From Microbotryum violaceum (lineage: Eukaryota): 64,000 nucleotides of DNA. The position numbers and the translations under genes were made by a program. The stretch lies in the NCBI GenBank assembly GCA_001244265.2, contig CDLV01000008.1, forward strand, positions 1,302,001 to 1,366,000, given 5' to 3'. The notes beneath the pieces are model-generated. The model did not search any database, was not told the DNA's origin, and worked only from the letters and a program-made list of their open reading frames with translations. Below, in pieces: positions 48,493 to 61,335 of the stretch (position 1 is its first letter; every line of letters starts with the position of its first letter).

Positions 48493-50336
48493 ATGAAGTT
48501 TGGACGATACTTGAACCCTAACCCTCTAACCCAACCCTAACCCTCATTCTCGTCCTGGTCTTCTTACTCATTCCCTTACCTATACTCTATCCGTCCGCCC
48601 GGTGGTGGATGATTCGCACGTTCTGCCGTGTGCTCACCGCAGGGTTGATTGCTGTGCAATTCTCTGATTTCTTCCTCGGTGATGAACTCAACTCTCTGTA
48701 TTATTCGGTGAGCTCACGCAGCGGCGGGCTACAGCTGTGCTATTTGAATTTAGCTCAAGCACTTTAACTGCACAGATCACAAATGTGTACGCGCTCGTTC
48801 CTTGATAGTACTGTAGAAACACGATCTGACTCCCCCGCGTTTGATCAGAGGCTTTCTATACTGCGCATACAGTCATTCGTGGCCGTCAGATACCTACGCG
48901 GTATGCTCGCTTAACAAGACATGGGCAAGGTCATTTCATCCCGAGGGATTTTTTGGTATCTCGTCACTGATCAATCGCGTTCGCTCGCAGGCGACCCCTG
49001 TCCTCGCCTCCCTTCTAGCCATCTGGCGTCTGGGACAAAGCTTGCGGCGTTACACCGACTCGGATGGGCTGGTGTAAGCGAAACGATGCATAGCATGCTT
49101 TCCAAGTCTGCAGCTAATGATTATGTTATTACTATTCATATGCTTAACGGTGGCAAGTACACCGCCTCAATCCTTCAGTTCTGTTTTTACTACAGCTGGT
49201 GAGTGCACTTTGAAGCAATTTACCGCATTTAGAGGCTAAGCTGACAACGGTGACGGTGCAGGAGGATCGATGGCTCCACCTCCATCGCCCGCAAAGCGAT
49301 CTGGATGCTGTTTGCTGTGACCAACTCGTGCTACACGGCGACCTGGGGTACGCCGCAGTTTCTTGCGGCTCGGCGCCAACAACAGCACTGACGTACTTGT
49401 CCCTCACTTCCACTGCAGACATCGTTATGGACTGGTCTTTGCTGCAAAAGAACTCGAAGAACTTCTTGTTGCGCAATGAGCTCGGTTTCAGGGATCAAAA
49501 ATAGGCATATTACGTCGCGATTGTTGTCAACATCATACTGCGCTTCTCTTGGGTGATCTACATCACCGACAGCGGGCCCTCTCTCGCATTGAAAGGCTTC
49601 ATCGTTGCTCTTCTCGAAGCATGTCGTCGAATCGTGAGTGTTCCCCCGCACTTTTAGCACCCCCAGCACTTAAATTTTCAGGTCTGGGAGATGCTGATCA
49701 CACCGAGAACCTTGCATCACATCGAGCCAGGTTTGGAACACCTTCCGTGTCGAGTCCGAACACTGCGGAAACGTTGATGGATACCGCGTTACACGCAACG
49801 TGCCCCTCCCGTACACGCCCGCAACCAGTGCGTTCCTTCCCATGCGCACACCCCTGTCGAACTGCTTCAGCGCTCCTGACATTTGCACTGCCTTGCATTC
49901 CCCAGTGCGTCCTCGGGACCATCATGACGACCACGACGATCTCGCTTCGCCTCGCACCCGCAAACAAGTCATCTTCGATTTCCTCCACAGTTTGCACCGA
50001 TCCATCGTCGACAACTTTTCCCCGCTGGCCAATATCTCGCTCTTGCGCATGTCGGCACGCTCCAAGTCGGGCAGTAACAACAAGGGCAAGACCGCTTCGA
50101 GATCGCGCAAAGCCAAAGGGAGTGCCGGTACCACTGCCGAAAGCTCGTCCGAAGATGGTGGTGGCGCCCATTCGAACGACGAAGACGAGGTTGACGATGA
50201 AGATGGTCGTGGCGGGTACAGCGGGAGTGAAGATAGTGCCGACGGCTACGACCTTGGAACGGACAGAATGGTGGAGCAGGAAATTCAACAGGCGGATCTT
50301 ATGATGGACCTGCCGCAGGGCGAAAGACGTCTATGA
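48493..50336 (+). pseudogene. SYG1: SPX-EXS (SYG1/XPR1-like) gene with the SPX domain and first TM region replaced by telomeric repeats
   Basis: ATG 48493 MKFGRYL (SPX N-terminal signature), then CCCTAA-type repeats with an in-frame TAA, then EXS region SARWWMIRTFCRV..VQFSDFFLGDELNSLYYS, LNGGKY, DIVMDWSLLQ..LLRNELGF, NIILRFSWVIY, NVDGYRVTRNVPLPY. Confidence 0.85.
48514..48544. repeat. Interstitial telomeric repeat (CCCTAA/TTAGGG), about 5 imperfect units
   Basis: aaccct aaccct ctaaccc aaccct aaccct. Confidence 0.85.
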
Positions 50337-50379
50337 AGGCGCTGATCTAGCCCCGCCCCGGTCGACTTTTGCCCTTATG

Positions 50380-51594
50380 CTTTATTACTTGCTAGCCGAT
50401 GGGGGCACTTCGAGGACTCCGACAATGAGTTTGGTACTTGGGTGCGTACGCAATGATGTCTGTCCGGTAACCGCTGCATCAGGACACTAAAACCAGTGAA
50501 TCGTACTAGAGGAGATCACTCGGAGTCAGTAAGAGCAGCATTAAATTTTGCGGGCCGACTTCAGGGCTCCGGGCTCACCCTTCTCCTGGCCCACTCGATT
50601 ACACGCCGCAAACGCTACACCCCTTCCCAAAAGAGGCGTGATTCTTACTGCAAATTATCGAAACGCATCAGAAACTCTCGGCCCTTCCGATTCGTCAGTC
50701 GCTTGGTCCAACACGCCTTTCGAGTCGAGCGATTCTTGATTCGAGTCGAGCCAGTTCATCGCACATATCACCAGATCGACAGTGCGCTCTCGTGCAAACT
50801 TTGGGAGCTCGAAGGCATAGAAAGGAGCAACGAAAACTTTAGGGTTAAGATCCATACAAATGCTGGGGCAGATGGTGAAGTCTTGGCCCCGGTGTGAGGA
50901 CGAAGGTGGGAACGGCAGCACGTATGTCTGAAAAGCTTTGCCTTCGGTTGCCCAGTTCACGTCGGCCTCGTAGAGGAAATGTTTTCGGTAAGTCGCGAAA
51001 AGCTCGCCCTGGGGAGTAACGATTAACAGGGAGTTTGATGCCTTCGAGTGTGACCGACGCTCGGGAACACCAACGAGGACGTAACATCCGAGTCAGATAG
51101 CTAGATCGAAGACAGACGCAACAAGGGGAGCCAGATCAGGATCTGCATCAGCACTGACTACACAGCACAGGGGATAGCCTTGCAGAGACGGAGACGTAGA
51201 AGCCCATCTGAATGCAGGTCCAGCACCAGGAGCTTCCAGAAAAGGCTCGATGTCGGAACACGAGTCGAAGCAGTAGCCTGATGAAGTGGCCGGCGCCTGC
51301 CTCCGTCAGAGCCCGTCCGAGTGACAGCTATATAAGCTGGATGCTTGACTACTGACCAGTGAACGCCATTTCGGGGAGAGCGAGAAGATCCATTTGATCC
51401 TTTGGAAGTCTGCGGATGTACCACGCGTCCATCAACATTGACGGAAAAAGCCAGCGGACAACCGTATCATGGACCATCCTCGGCGCCCGGGTTAAACTCA
51501 CGTTGTCAGATGCACATCAGCGATCGCGATATTGCATTCGACGTCTTTGAAGACGGGCGAAAATTGAAGCAGCCGACGCGGATATAGCGAGCAT
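50380..51594 (-). CDS. NTA1: Protein N-terminal amidase (nitrilase family); in-frame TAA at 50655 and 1-nt gaps, possibly a pseudogene
   Basis: IRVGC-LQFSPVFKDV; DLLALPEMAFTG; GYCF..DIEPFLE; CYVLVGVPE; YRKHFLYEADVNWATEG; ICMDLNP..FVAPFYAFE; CAMNWLDS; CNRVG. 3' end approximate. Confidence 0.8.
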
Positions 51595-52105
51595 CGTAGG
51601 GGGGGGGGGGATCCCCGCACGTGAACGATAGCAGGTAGAGGCAAGCAAGCCGCCGGCGTGGGTGTGGGACCTCCCCCCACCTCGCCAACTTCGGCAGTAC
51701 CTCGGCGCCCGGATTTTGACGCTGAAAGCCATGAATCGCGAGAATGTGTGCTACCACTGACCAGTCTCCTCGAGGCCGTGTATACGTAGCTAAATCAGAA
51801 GACGCCACCAGGTGTGACGTGAGAACTCAGGGGAGTCGGGAATCGACTCGGGATCTTATAATTAAGATCAGGCGGTATTGAAGGTAGGGGAATCAGAGTC
51901 ACCCACGGATGATCGACGATGCCCTGTGGAATTGGCCGCCGCTAGTCTTCCCGACTTCGGGAATTGCAGGTCCTAGGACTGAGTTGGTCCAAGAGCAATA
52001 ATGATATAACAATAACATGGAAAGAAAGACGAAATAAAGCACATGTAATCGTTGCAACCACTACATCCGAGAATCGATCCGCACAGCCGACCCGACGGTC
52101 ACCGT

Positions 52106-52716
52106 CTACTTGGATCCCGACGAGAATTTTGTGACGGCCTGGAGTATTCGAATGGCGATGGATGTCAGTGAGCGTGGTCGCACGCGAGAGATAATCCAGT
52201 CGCATTACGAAAGGTCTAACCTTCGTGCCTTCCGAGATGGCGTGCTTGGACAGCTCTCCAGGGAGGATCAATCGGACCGAGGTCTGGATCTCGCGCGACG
52301 AGATAGTCGCCTTGTGGTTGTAGGTCGCGAGCTTGCACGCTTCGATGGTGATGCGCTCAAAGATATCGTTGACGAACGAGTTGAGGATCAGCATCGCCTT
52401 GTTCGAGATACCGGTGTCGGGGTGGACTTGCTTCAACACCTTGCTGTGGACGGGCCAAGGCAGGCGCGAGATCCGAGTTCGAGTTCAGGGGTTAGCGACT
52501 GAACCTCAAGCTTGGATGAGCCAATCTCAAAAATACGCACTAGAGGTACGTCGAGAAGGTCTCCTTTCGTTGCTTCTTCTTCTTCTTCTTTTCACCATGG
52601 GCGGCGGGGGCCTTCTTCACAGCCTTCTTGGCGGGCGCCTTGCCAGCGGGCGCCTTGGATGCGGGGGCCTTGCCGGCGGTCGAGGCAGGTTTCTTCTCAG
52701 CAGCTTTGGGGACCAT
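52106..52716 (-). CDS. HTB1: Histone H2B (2 introns)
   Basis: [80 protein letters not shown]; intron 52445-52540. Confidence 0.97.
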
Positions 52717-53185
52717 TGTTGCTGATGGATTTGGGTGGGTGAGGTAAGGGTTGAGTAGTGGAGTGGGTAAGGGGAAGGAGAGAGCGCAAAATGCTCTTGG
52801 GGTCCTTGTCTTCGAAGCGCGCGTGGAAACAATGTGTTTCGTCAAACAAGCTGACACGCTGGCACGCCCCAGCTCTGGGCCCTCGTTGACGATGCATGAT
52901 GGGCGTGGACCTAGGTCGAGTCAACTTGGCGCTCGTTGCCGCCCGGCCCGACTTGTGCGCGCGTAGCTCTCCCTAGCTGGAGTCGACGGCTGACGCAGCT
53001 GCCACGCTGGCGACGATTTGGATCGCCACTCGACCTCACTCGACGCGCGGCAATCACCTCGACTTGCCTTCGTGCCTCGACGGTTTCGCTTTCCTTCCTT
53101 CAACCCACTCAACCCAACTGTTCATCACCCAACTGTTCATCACCCAACTCCCCAATCTCAATCCCAAACCCTTCAAACCTCAACC

Positions 53186-53742
53186 ATGTCTTCAGGCGGC
53201 AAATCAGGTATGTCGGGTTCAGTCAACCCTTTTCAACAGCAAGAATCCCTTTTGGCTGACACAGCCCGGCACCTCGTATGATTACAGGTGGAAAGGCCAA
53301 GGCCGGAGCCGACTCCAAGACTCAGTCGCGATCGTCCAAGGCCGGTCTTCAATTCCCCGTCGGTCGTATCCATCGATTGTTGCGACGAGGCAACTACGCC
53401 CAACGTGTCGGTGCCGGTGCGCCAGTCTACCTCGCCGCCGTGCTCGAGTACCTGGCCGCCGAGATCCTCGAATTGGCCGGCAACGCCGCTCGTGACAACA
53501 AGAAGTCGCGTATCATCCCGCGTCACTTGCAACTCGCGATCCGCAACGACGAGGAGTTGAATCGTCTGCTCGGCGCCGTCGTCATCTCGCAAGGTGGTGT
53601 CCTCCCCAACATCCACTCCGAGCTCTTGCCGACGTGAGTCTTTCCGCTTCTTTAAGTTCTCATGGTCATGAACTTTAATCTGACCCGTTCGCATACCCTT
53701 TGCAGTAAGACCAAGAAGGGTGCTCAATCTCAGGAACTCTGA
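53186..53742 (+). CDS. HTA1: Histone H2A with SQEL C-terminus (2 introns), divergent from H2B
   Basis: [57 protein letters not shown]|..AQSQEL*; introns 53208-53288 and 53634-53705. Confidence 0.97.
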
Positions 53743-54080
53743 TCATCGGTCGGTATATCCCAGTTCTTGGCTTCGTTATTTTCTTTTTGTTGTACCTTTC
53801 CATCCTTGCGATTGCAACTTGCCTCCTTTTCACAATGGCAAACAAAATCCAGAAACTCAGTTTTAAAGATCGCGAAGCACCAGATCTAATTTGGTAACGT
53901 CTGATCAGTTCAACCTTGAACTTGGAAAACATGTGGTCAAGCGTTGTCCTTTTGGTCGTCACTAGGCGCAGATTTTTTTCCCGAGGTCAGCCTTAATTCG
54001 TCGAGGCAAAAAGATACGGTGGTGTTCCCGGCGTGACGAGGCATGTAATATATATAGAGCACCGGCCAGCAAAAATCATC

Positions 54081-54151
54081 TTCCCCGACGGGGAATCGAA
54101 CCCCGTTCGCGGCTGTGAGAGAGCCGAATCATGCCAATAGACCATCGAGGA
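54081..54151 (-). tRNA. tRNA-Glu(CTC)
   Basis: Acceptor TCCTCGA/TCGGGGA; anticodon arm CGGCT-CT CTC AC-AGCCG; T arm CGGGG-TTCGATT-CCCCG; T5 terminator at 54071-54075. Confidence 0.92.
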
Positions 54152-54217
54152 GTGATGATGAGTGGCAAAATGTCAAATCGATACTCTTCAACAAATTACG
54201 TGATCCCCCCCCCCTAT

Positions 54218-54322
54218 ACTTCACTTCACTTCACTTCACTTCACTTCACTTCACTTCACTTCACTTCACTTCACTTCACTCCACGTCACTTCACTTCACT
54301 TCACTTCACTTCACTTCACTTC
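54218..54322 (+). repeat. (ACTTC)21 microsatellite at the LINE 5' end
   Basis: 105-bp array with two substitutions at 54281-54285. Confidence 0.97.
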
Positions 54323-54383
54323 GAAATCGCCCTACCGCAGTCTTCGATACTCGAGTTAAGTTAACAAGTGATACACCGACAAG

Positions 54384-56661
54384 ATGTCTACAGGAGACCC
54401 TGGGTCCCCACCGCCGGCACCGCCACCACCGGTGTCCGCCACCAGCGTCCAGCCACCCCGCGACCAGATCCCGATAAGCTCGAAGAAGACGCAAGCCACG
54501 GGCCCCGCCACCGCCGCACCCAACTATGCCGCCGCTGCGAGTCAGGCGACTCAGTCACCTGAACAACAGCAACAACAACAACAACAGCGTGCCAAGGCTT
54601 TGGGCAGCCTCCTACAAGCCATGGGTGCTGTACCCGGAAACCGCATGGATCGTTGGGTCCAGGCCATCTACTTCACCGAACTCTACCCCGTCGCCACCGC
54701 CACATCGCTGAAATTCTCGGCCTTGAACGCGAACCGGTCTGTCGAGAACATCTTTGATTACGCCCTTGAAGTGACTCTGTCTCACCAGAGCGCCTCGCGA
54801 GCGTCTCATGCCGACAAGACCGATCTCGTGGCCTGCGTCACGAGGCTGTTATCGCCGATCTCTCCTATCTGCTTTGAGCCTGGAGTTCCTCTGCCGGACC
54901 ACCTTGCAGCCTATCGACCACAGATCCTAGGCGTACAACATTCATCAATCCTGCGTAATGGGGCGGCTCACCATCGCGTTACGGTTGGGTTTGTCACCGG
55001 CGAGGCACGTGACGCTGCGCTTACGACGCCCCCTGCTCTCACTTGGCGATCGGCGAAGGCCCGCTTCGCGAAATCTCACAGGTTCCACCATAACATGGTC
55101 GAGCTTCGAATCAACGTCGGTGTTCAAGGAGTGCCTTCCATGGATGCCATCATCAAATCGTTCCAATTACTAGTGCAGGACTTGTCAGGCAAGGGACATT
55201 CGTGCCAACTTGTGCAGGTTCTGCGCATTATCAGCGTGGACAACGCCTCGGCCTTTGCCCACGTTGCCGGAGACTACTCAGCTTTCCTACACTTCGATGA
55301 CGACTCCCTGTTCAAACGCCCTAACACGACCTTGAAAGAGATCCTACCTTCGAGAATCGGCCTTCCCACTCGAGGCATCCCGGTCACCGCCCTTCGCCAT
55401 GACTATGAGAAGGAGGCGGCTTGCGGTAGGTGCCACTTCGTTGGTCACGTGGGAACCTGCGGACTGGATCAGGAGAGCAAGCGAAAGGAGGCTCACAACG
55501 GCAACGGCAACGGCAACACCAACGCCAACAAGAACACCATCACCAACGACACCAACATTGCGGAGGCCGAGGCCCCATTCCTGTGCCGGTTGTTAACAGG
55601 ATCGCATCACAGAATCGCTTCGCCGGGCTCGAGGTTGAGGAGGGACAGGAGGAAGCGGTAACTGGCCAGAGCGGACAGGGGCCAGAGGAATCGGGGGAGG
55701 AGGACGCTGGTGATAAGGCGGATGACGAGGACTCGGAGGACTCGGAGATGGAATCAGAGGCGACCGTGAAAACGGAGGCCATCATACTTAAGAGCGAGGA
55801 CGAGTCGGTTTTAGAGGACTGCGGAGGATCCGATGGAGAGGTGATTGATGAGGATGAGGTGATGGCGGATGGAAGGGGCGAAACAGAAGGCAAGGTGGCG
55901 ACGGAGATGGAGGAAAGGGAGGTGGCGACGGAGATGGATGAAGAGGAGGTGGCGACGGAGGTGGACGATGTGGACGAGGCAGGGGGAGCGACGAAAGCGG
56001 AGAACGCGGAAGCGACGGACTTAGGGGAGACGAACAGGCTGGGCAATGACGACGACAGCGACGCAACAGCAACCGCCGCCACCGCTTCCCGCGAATCGAC
56101 ACCCCACGAACCAACCCCACCTTTGTCACCCGAAACTCTTGCCAAGTCGCTTCGCGAGGGGAGGAGTGGGACAGGATCAGAGCTAACTGGGTTGAGCAGG
56201 CACGACTCGAGCGGGACCAAAGCATCGAGAGGAGGCTCGACGCTGAAACCCCTTTGGTGCGTCACAACTTTGCCACGTGGGATGAGGACGGTGAGATACG
56301 TTCCATCAATATCAGGGGGACCGCTTCGAAGTTCAAAAAGCCGGTAATGAAGAGGTCGCAGACTGCGGCGGACCTCAGTGACCCGAGTGACGAACCGACC
56401 GACGCCAAGCGAGTGATCATCAAAGGGAAGAGCCGCTTCGTTGTCAAGGATGGAACAGAGGGGCGGAGGGTGACGAGGTCGATGTCAGCGGCGGCGGCGA
56501 TGCCGGTTGGCGTGACGAAAGTGGACCGAGGGAAAGCAAAGGGGGTAGCCGAGGAGAAAAGATGGTCCGACCACGAGCCCGAGGACGATGTCCTGCCCGC
56601 CCTCCCCCTCTTTGAGGACGTCACCACCGCCAAGAGCGCTTCGACCTCAACTACCCATTAA
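54384..56661 (+). CDS. LINE ORF1 (gag-like, zinc knuckle, acidic tail), frameshifted as assembled
   Basis: ORFs 54384-55661, 55430-56347, 56254-56661; [13 protein letters not shown]; shares SLxFSALNA and LRHDYE with the ORF1 at 61544. Confidence 0.8.
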
Positions 56662-59600
56662 TGATTAAGCACACCATCATCACCTGGAACGTGAGGAGGG
56701 GCATGGGGTCCCGGAGAAACGACGTGACATTTACAACTACCTATCCCTTTTCAAAGCATCGGCCATTCTCATACAAGAGCACTTCATCAGACCGCACCTC
56801 TGGCAACTCATCAAGGACGAGTACGAGGGCAAGCTCTTCATCAACCAACATTGTCTGACTCTAATTCCGGCTGACTCCCCCCTGATCGACGCCGAGCTCT
56901 TGCGCACCCACTCGGCACTCGACGGCCGGCTCCTCGTCACGTCCTTTCGTCTGCGGGGCGACATCAAAATTCTAGAAATCAACAACGTTTACGCGCCCGT
57001 TGACCCAAAGCAACGAGCGAAATTCTTTGACAAACTCTTATTTCACAAAACACAGAAATCCCACCTCCGACTCCTTGGCGGTGATCTCAACGACTGCCCG
57101 CGCCCAGAAGTCGATCGGCGGAACCAAAGTCGGCGCGGCCACCACTGGCCAATTCTGATCGGCAAGCTCGACTCGGCCTACACGGACTGCATCCGCTACA
57201 AACACCCCATCACCCCATCCTTCACTCGACCTAATCCCAATCGCAAGCGACCCAACTCCTTCTCCCGGCTTGACTACTTTCTCCTGCAACGGACACACCA
57301 AAAAAGACTCGATCAGGCCTCGACGATCTACGACTATCCCAAGGAGCTTTCCGATCACCGACCGGTCTTGATTGTGCTGGCTCTCTCAGACGATCCTGAT
57401 GCGACCCTCCCACAGCTCAGCCTACCTACCACATCAAACCAACTACATCGAATCAACACCACAACCTTTAAGACGGTGGAATTCCAGCGGATGATGGAAG
57501 GATGGTTGGAAGGGGCAAGCGGGGAGGAACCGGTGGGGGAGCTCGAGGTCATTCTGAAGGCGTGCAGGGATAGGGGTGGGGAGATGGCGAGGAGGTTGCA
57601 TCGGGAGCGGACGGAACGGATGGAGTATTTGGTGGGGAGGGTGCAGGATCTGGAGGCGATACCGGAATGGGGGGAGGGGAAACGGCAGAATGGACAAGGA
57701 CGTCCGAGGAACTCAAGCGGGCGGTCGAGGAGCGCGCGCGCCTACTCCGGATCCGAGCCCACGTACCCGAGATCGCCTCCGAGGAACGACTGTCGCGGCC
57801 GGTCCACGCCAAGCTCGCGGCGCGGAACTCGGACTCCAAGATCACAGCACTGCGCTTGAGCAACGGAGAGCTAACGCATGACATTGATGTCGCTCTTGAC
57901 CACACGCAGGCGCATTTCCAGCGCCTCTACCACATCGAGCCTCGTGACCCGGACCGCGTCGACCGACTTCGGGACGAATTCCTCGCGCCGATCAGGGCGG
58001 CGCGGACTTGCGACGACCCGCGCTCGGATCCTCTCTTTCTGCGCCGACTCTCGGAATCGCAGATCGACTTACTCCAGCGACCAATCACCGAGGACGAGGT
58101 CGTGGCCGCGATCGGGACGACGCACCCGGGGCGATCGCCGGGACCGTCGGGCGTGCCCTACGAACTCTACCAGACCGCACCCAAGGCGTGGGCCAAGGTG
58201 CTGACCAAGGCCTACAACGTGATGATAGAGCGAGGCTCACTCTCTCCCAAGCAGGGCCAAGGACTCGTGCGCCTCATCTTCAAGCGACACAAGAAGAATG
58301 CTGATCGCGCCGAACTTTCGGCGTACCGGCCGATCACCCTGCGCGAGTGCGATTACAAGATCTTTACCAAGGTCTATGTCGCCCGTTTGAACCAAATTCT
58401 ACCGGATCTCCTCCCGCCGCAGCAGCACGGATTCGTCAAGGACCGCCGATCGGCTGACGCTGCACTACACCTTCGTCTCCTGATCGAGGAAGTTGGCGCG
58501 CGCAGGACCGAGTTCCCCGCGGCCGCACTCTTATCTCTTGACCAATCGTCCGCCTACGACCTCGTCGAGCATGACTGGATCTTTGCCATCTTTGACGCTC
58601 TGGGCGCTCCTGCCACCTTTCTTCGCGTGCTGAGGATGCTCTACTCGGGTGACTCGACCTCGGCCCGCTACATCATCAATGGGTTCTTGACGGCGCCGGT
58701 ACGACTGACGTGTGGGCTCGGCCAAGGGGACCCGGCGTCGTCGTCGGTCTGGGACATCGTGTTTCAGCCGTTTCTGGATGCTCTACACCGTCGAAACATC
58801 GCGCTGAATCTCTCCATACCTGCACTTCATCCGTACCCACAGAGCCGCGCCATTACATCGCTTGCTTTTGCCGATGACGTTGTCGTCGCCGTCGCGGGCT
58901 TGGGGTCACTCAACTTGCTCGATGACCTGGCGCTCGACTGGAGGCATGCAACGAATGGCCGGCTCAACACGGACAAGACGGTCGTCCTACCGATCGGACG
59001 CCGCTGGGACCCGGGGCAACGCCCGCTCGTCGTCAAGGCCGCAGGCGAGTCGCTCGAGTGGATCGGCCTCCCCTTCGACCCGAGCGGCGACACCGAACTC
59101 GCCTACGCGAATCTCATCGAACGCCTCGAGGCGACGCTGGAAGGGGTTCAGCATCGCTGGCTCACACACCACACCCGTGCCTTTTACGTCAATCGGTACG
59201 CCATCCCCAAGATCCTGCACTTCCTTGCAGCCGACATCCCGCCGCCCGAAGTCGTCAAGAAGCTCGATGACATGCTCGTCGATTTCGTCCGTGGGGGCAA
59301 GGGCAGGACCAGCTACGGCAGAGATATCGTGTTCACAGCCAAGCTCAAGGGGGGACTCGGGGTGATCAGGATGCAGGACGTCGTGGACGCGGTTGCGGCA
59401 CGGATCTGGGACGTTCTTCTCGGCGGTTCGGGCGCGATCTGGCAAGGACTTGCGCGCGTGGCACTCCAGCGAGCTCAGTCCGACCTCGACCTGGCCACCG
59501 ATCTCTGGCCACATCCATCCACTCCCATCCCCAGCGACCTCCATCCCCGATGGCGAGCAGCATTGGGGGTTCCGAAACAGCAAGACGCGCAGGTCAACCC

Positions 59601-60733
59601 GAGGACCTTGACCACCGCGAACCTGCTCGCGCTTCCCACCTTGCTCGGCAGCCTCCACACCCCCATCAGAGGGAGACAGACCATCGACGCGGTTCATATA
59701 CCTGACTACCTTCGTCTCCAGGGCTACCCGAAGGTGGCGGATCTCTACCGGCGCGAGTTGTATGCGGGTGGGGGTTTCACCTTTGGACGCCGCCGGCGGA
59801 TGTGCTCGGCGACAACAGCGAGTACGATCGACGCGGGCTCCCGCAGCGACTGGCAATCGCGGCCTGGTACCGGTTTACTGTCGATCGACACAAGAACACG
59901 CCCTTGGCGGTGGCGGTGGCGGCAGGACGGCTCAACGTGCCTCCCCGGATCGGCACCAGCGCACCGCTCGAGGCGATTCTCCCCAAGCCCGTGGCCCGCT
60001 TCGCAATGGAGCAGCGCCTTCCGGACCCGGTGCTTCCACAGCAGGCGAGCCAGTACAAGCTGCTGAACATGGCTCGACCGTACACCATCCGTCGCATCCG
60101 CCGGGTCCTGAACGCGAAGGCCTTTACCAACACGCTCGGGCTCAAGGGACCACCGCAGCCGGACGACCTCAGGAGCTTTTGGAAGGCGGTCAACTCGAAG
60201 GCACTGACGGCGAGGGAGAGGGAAGTTTGGTTCAAGCTGATTCTCCGCTTCACCCCGACGCGCAAGCTGCAACACCAACAGAATCACGACACTTCTCCGC
60301 GTGCTTCGTCTGCGAAGCGCCGGTGGACGACACCGACCACTACTTTTTCGACTGCGTTGACTCTGGGAACGTTTGGATCGCGGCAAGGAGCGTGCTCTGC
60401 GACGCACTGGGGCTCGACACGATCGACAACACGCATTACACGGCTGTTCAACGCATGTTCGGACTTCCGAAGCTCAAGGCCAGTCTACGCGATCAAGAAG
60501 GAGCGGGGAGGACGATCGAAATATTCACCGGGCTGGTCTTGGAGATGATCAGCAGCGGGAGGTGGGGGATGCAGAAGTGGGGGACGAAGATGGAGGGTGT
60601 TGTGAGGAGGAGGATCATCTTGGAGGAGAGGTTGAAGCTGAGGGCGGGAGGAGCTTGGGGAGGAGAGGGCAGTAGAGGCTGGGTTCGACTTTCCCCCACC
60701 ACCACCACACACACACACACCAAATTCTCGTGA
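56661..60733 (+). CDS. LINE ORF2 (APE endonuclease, reverse transcriptase, zf-RVT), frameshifted as assembled
   Basis: [90 protein letters not shown]. Confidence 0.92.
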
Positions 60734-61335
60734 CATCATTTTCTCCTACTGTACACTAAATAGATCGCTTTCATCTTTCATTTGTTACAGGTTCACCGTT
60801 GCGGATCATGGACCATCTCGCGATTTGGCGTCGACTCGGTGTGGCTCGCGCTCTTCGGCTTCGGGGTTCTGAGTCAAGGGAGGGATCAGCGGACACAGGC
60901 AGAAAGTCGGCTTTGAGGGGCCAGGGACTGCCGATGGGGGAGGTTTTGAGGGACCTTCACCGCGTCTTGTTGTGACTGAGCAGAGACTTGGAGCGTCGAG
61001 GGTCGTGGTGGTTGCGCAGTCGTGCTCTTGTCTTCGTCTCGACCGAGTGGGAAGTGGCTGTGGGGTGGGCCTTCTGTCGTTAGTACATTTCTTTTCTTTC
61101 TTTTTTTCTCTTCATCTCTCTTTCTCTCTCTCATTAGTCTCCTGGGGGGGAGCAACCGCTTGGCTAGGGCATTTGAATCCGAATCTCGGATTGGTGGACT
61201 TGGCTCGTTTCTCGCACTTTTGCGGGCGGTTTGTGTTATCATCGTAGTCTTCCATCTAGTTTTTCCGTAGGCCAAAACAGGGGGAACAGGAACTGGGGGC
61301 AATATGATGAACGTTTTCTACAAAAAAAAAAAAAA

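Larger units (their letters stand above)
54215..61335 (+). mobile_element. Apparently full-length L1/Tx1-like LINE (tandem copy 1)
   Basis: 5' microsatellite, ORF1 from 54384, TAATG overlap at 56659-56663, ORF2 APE-RT-zf, 3' UTR, A14 tail at 61322-61335. Confidence 0.92.

Noticed and set aside
53113-53149. 15-bp tandem repeat (cccaactgttcatca x2) upstream of H2A
   Set aside because: Short 5' UTR duplication with no supportable function.
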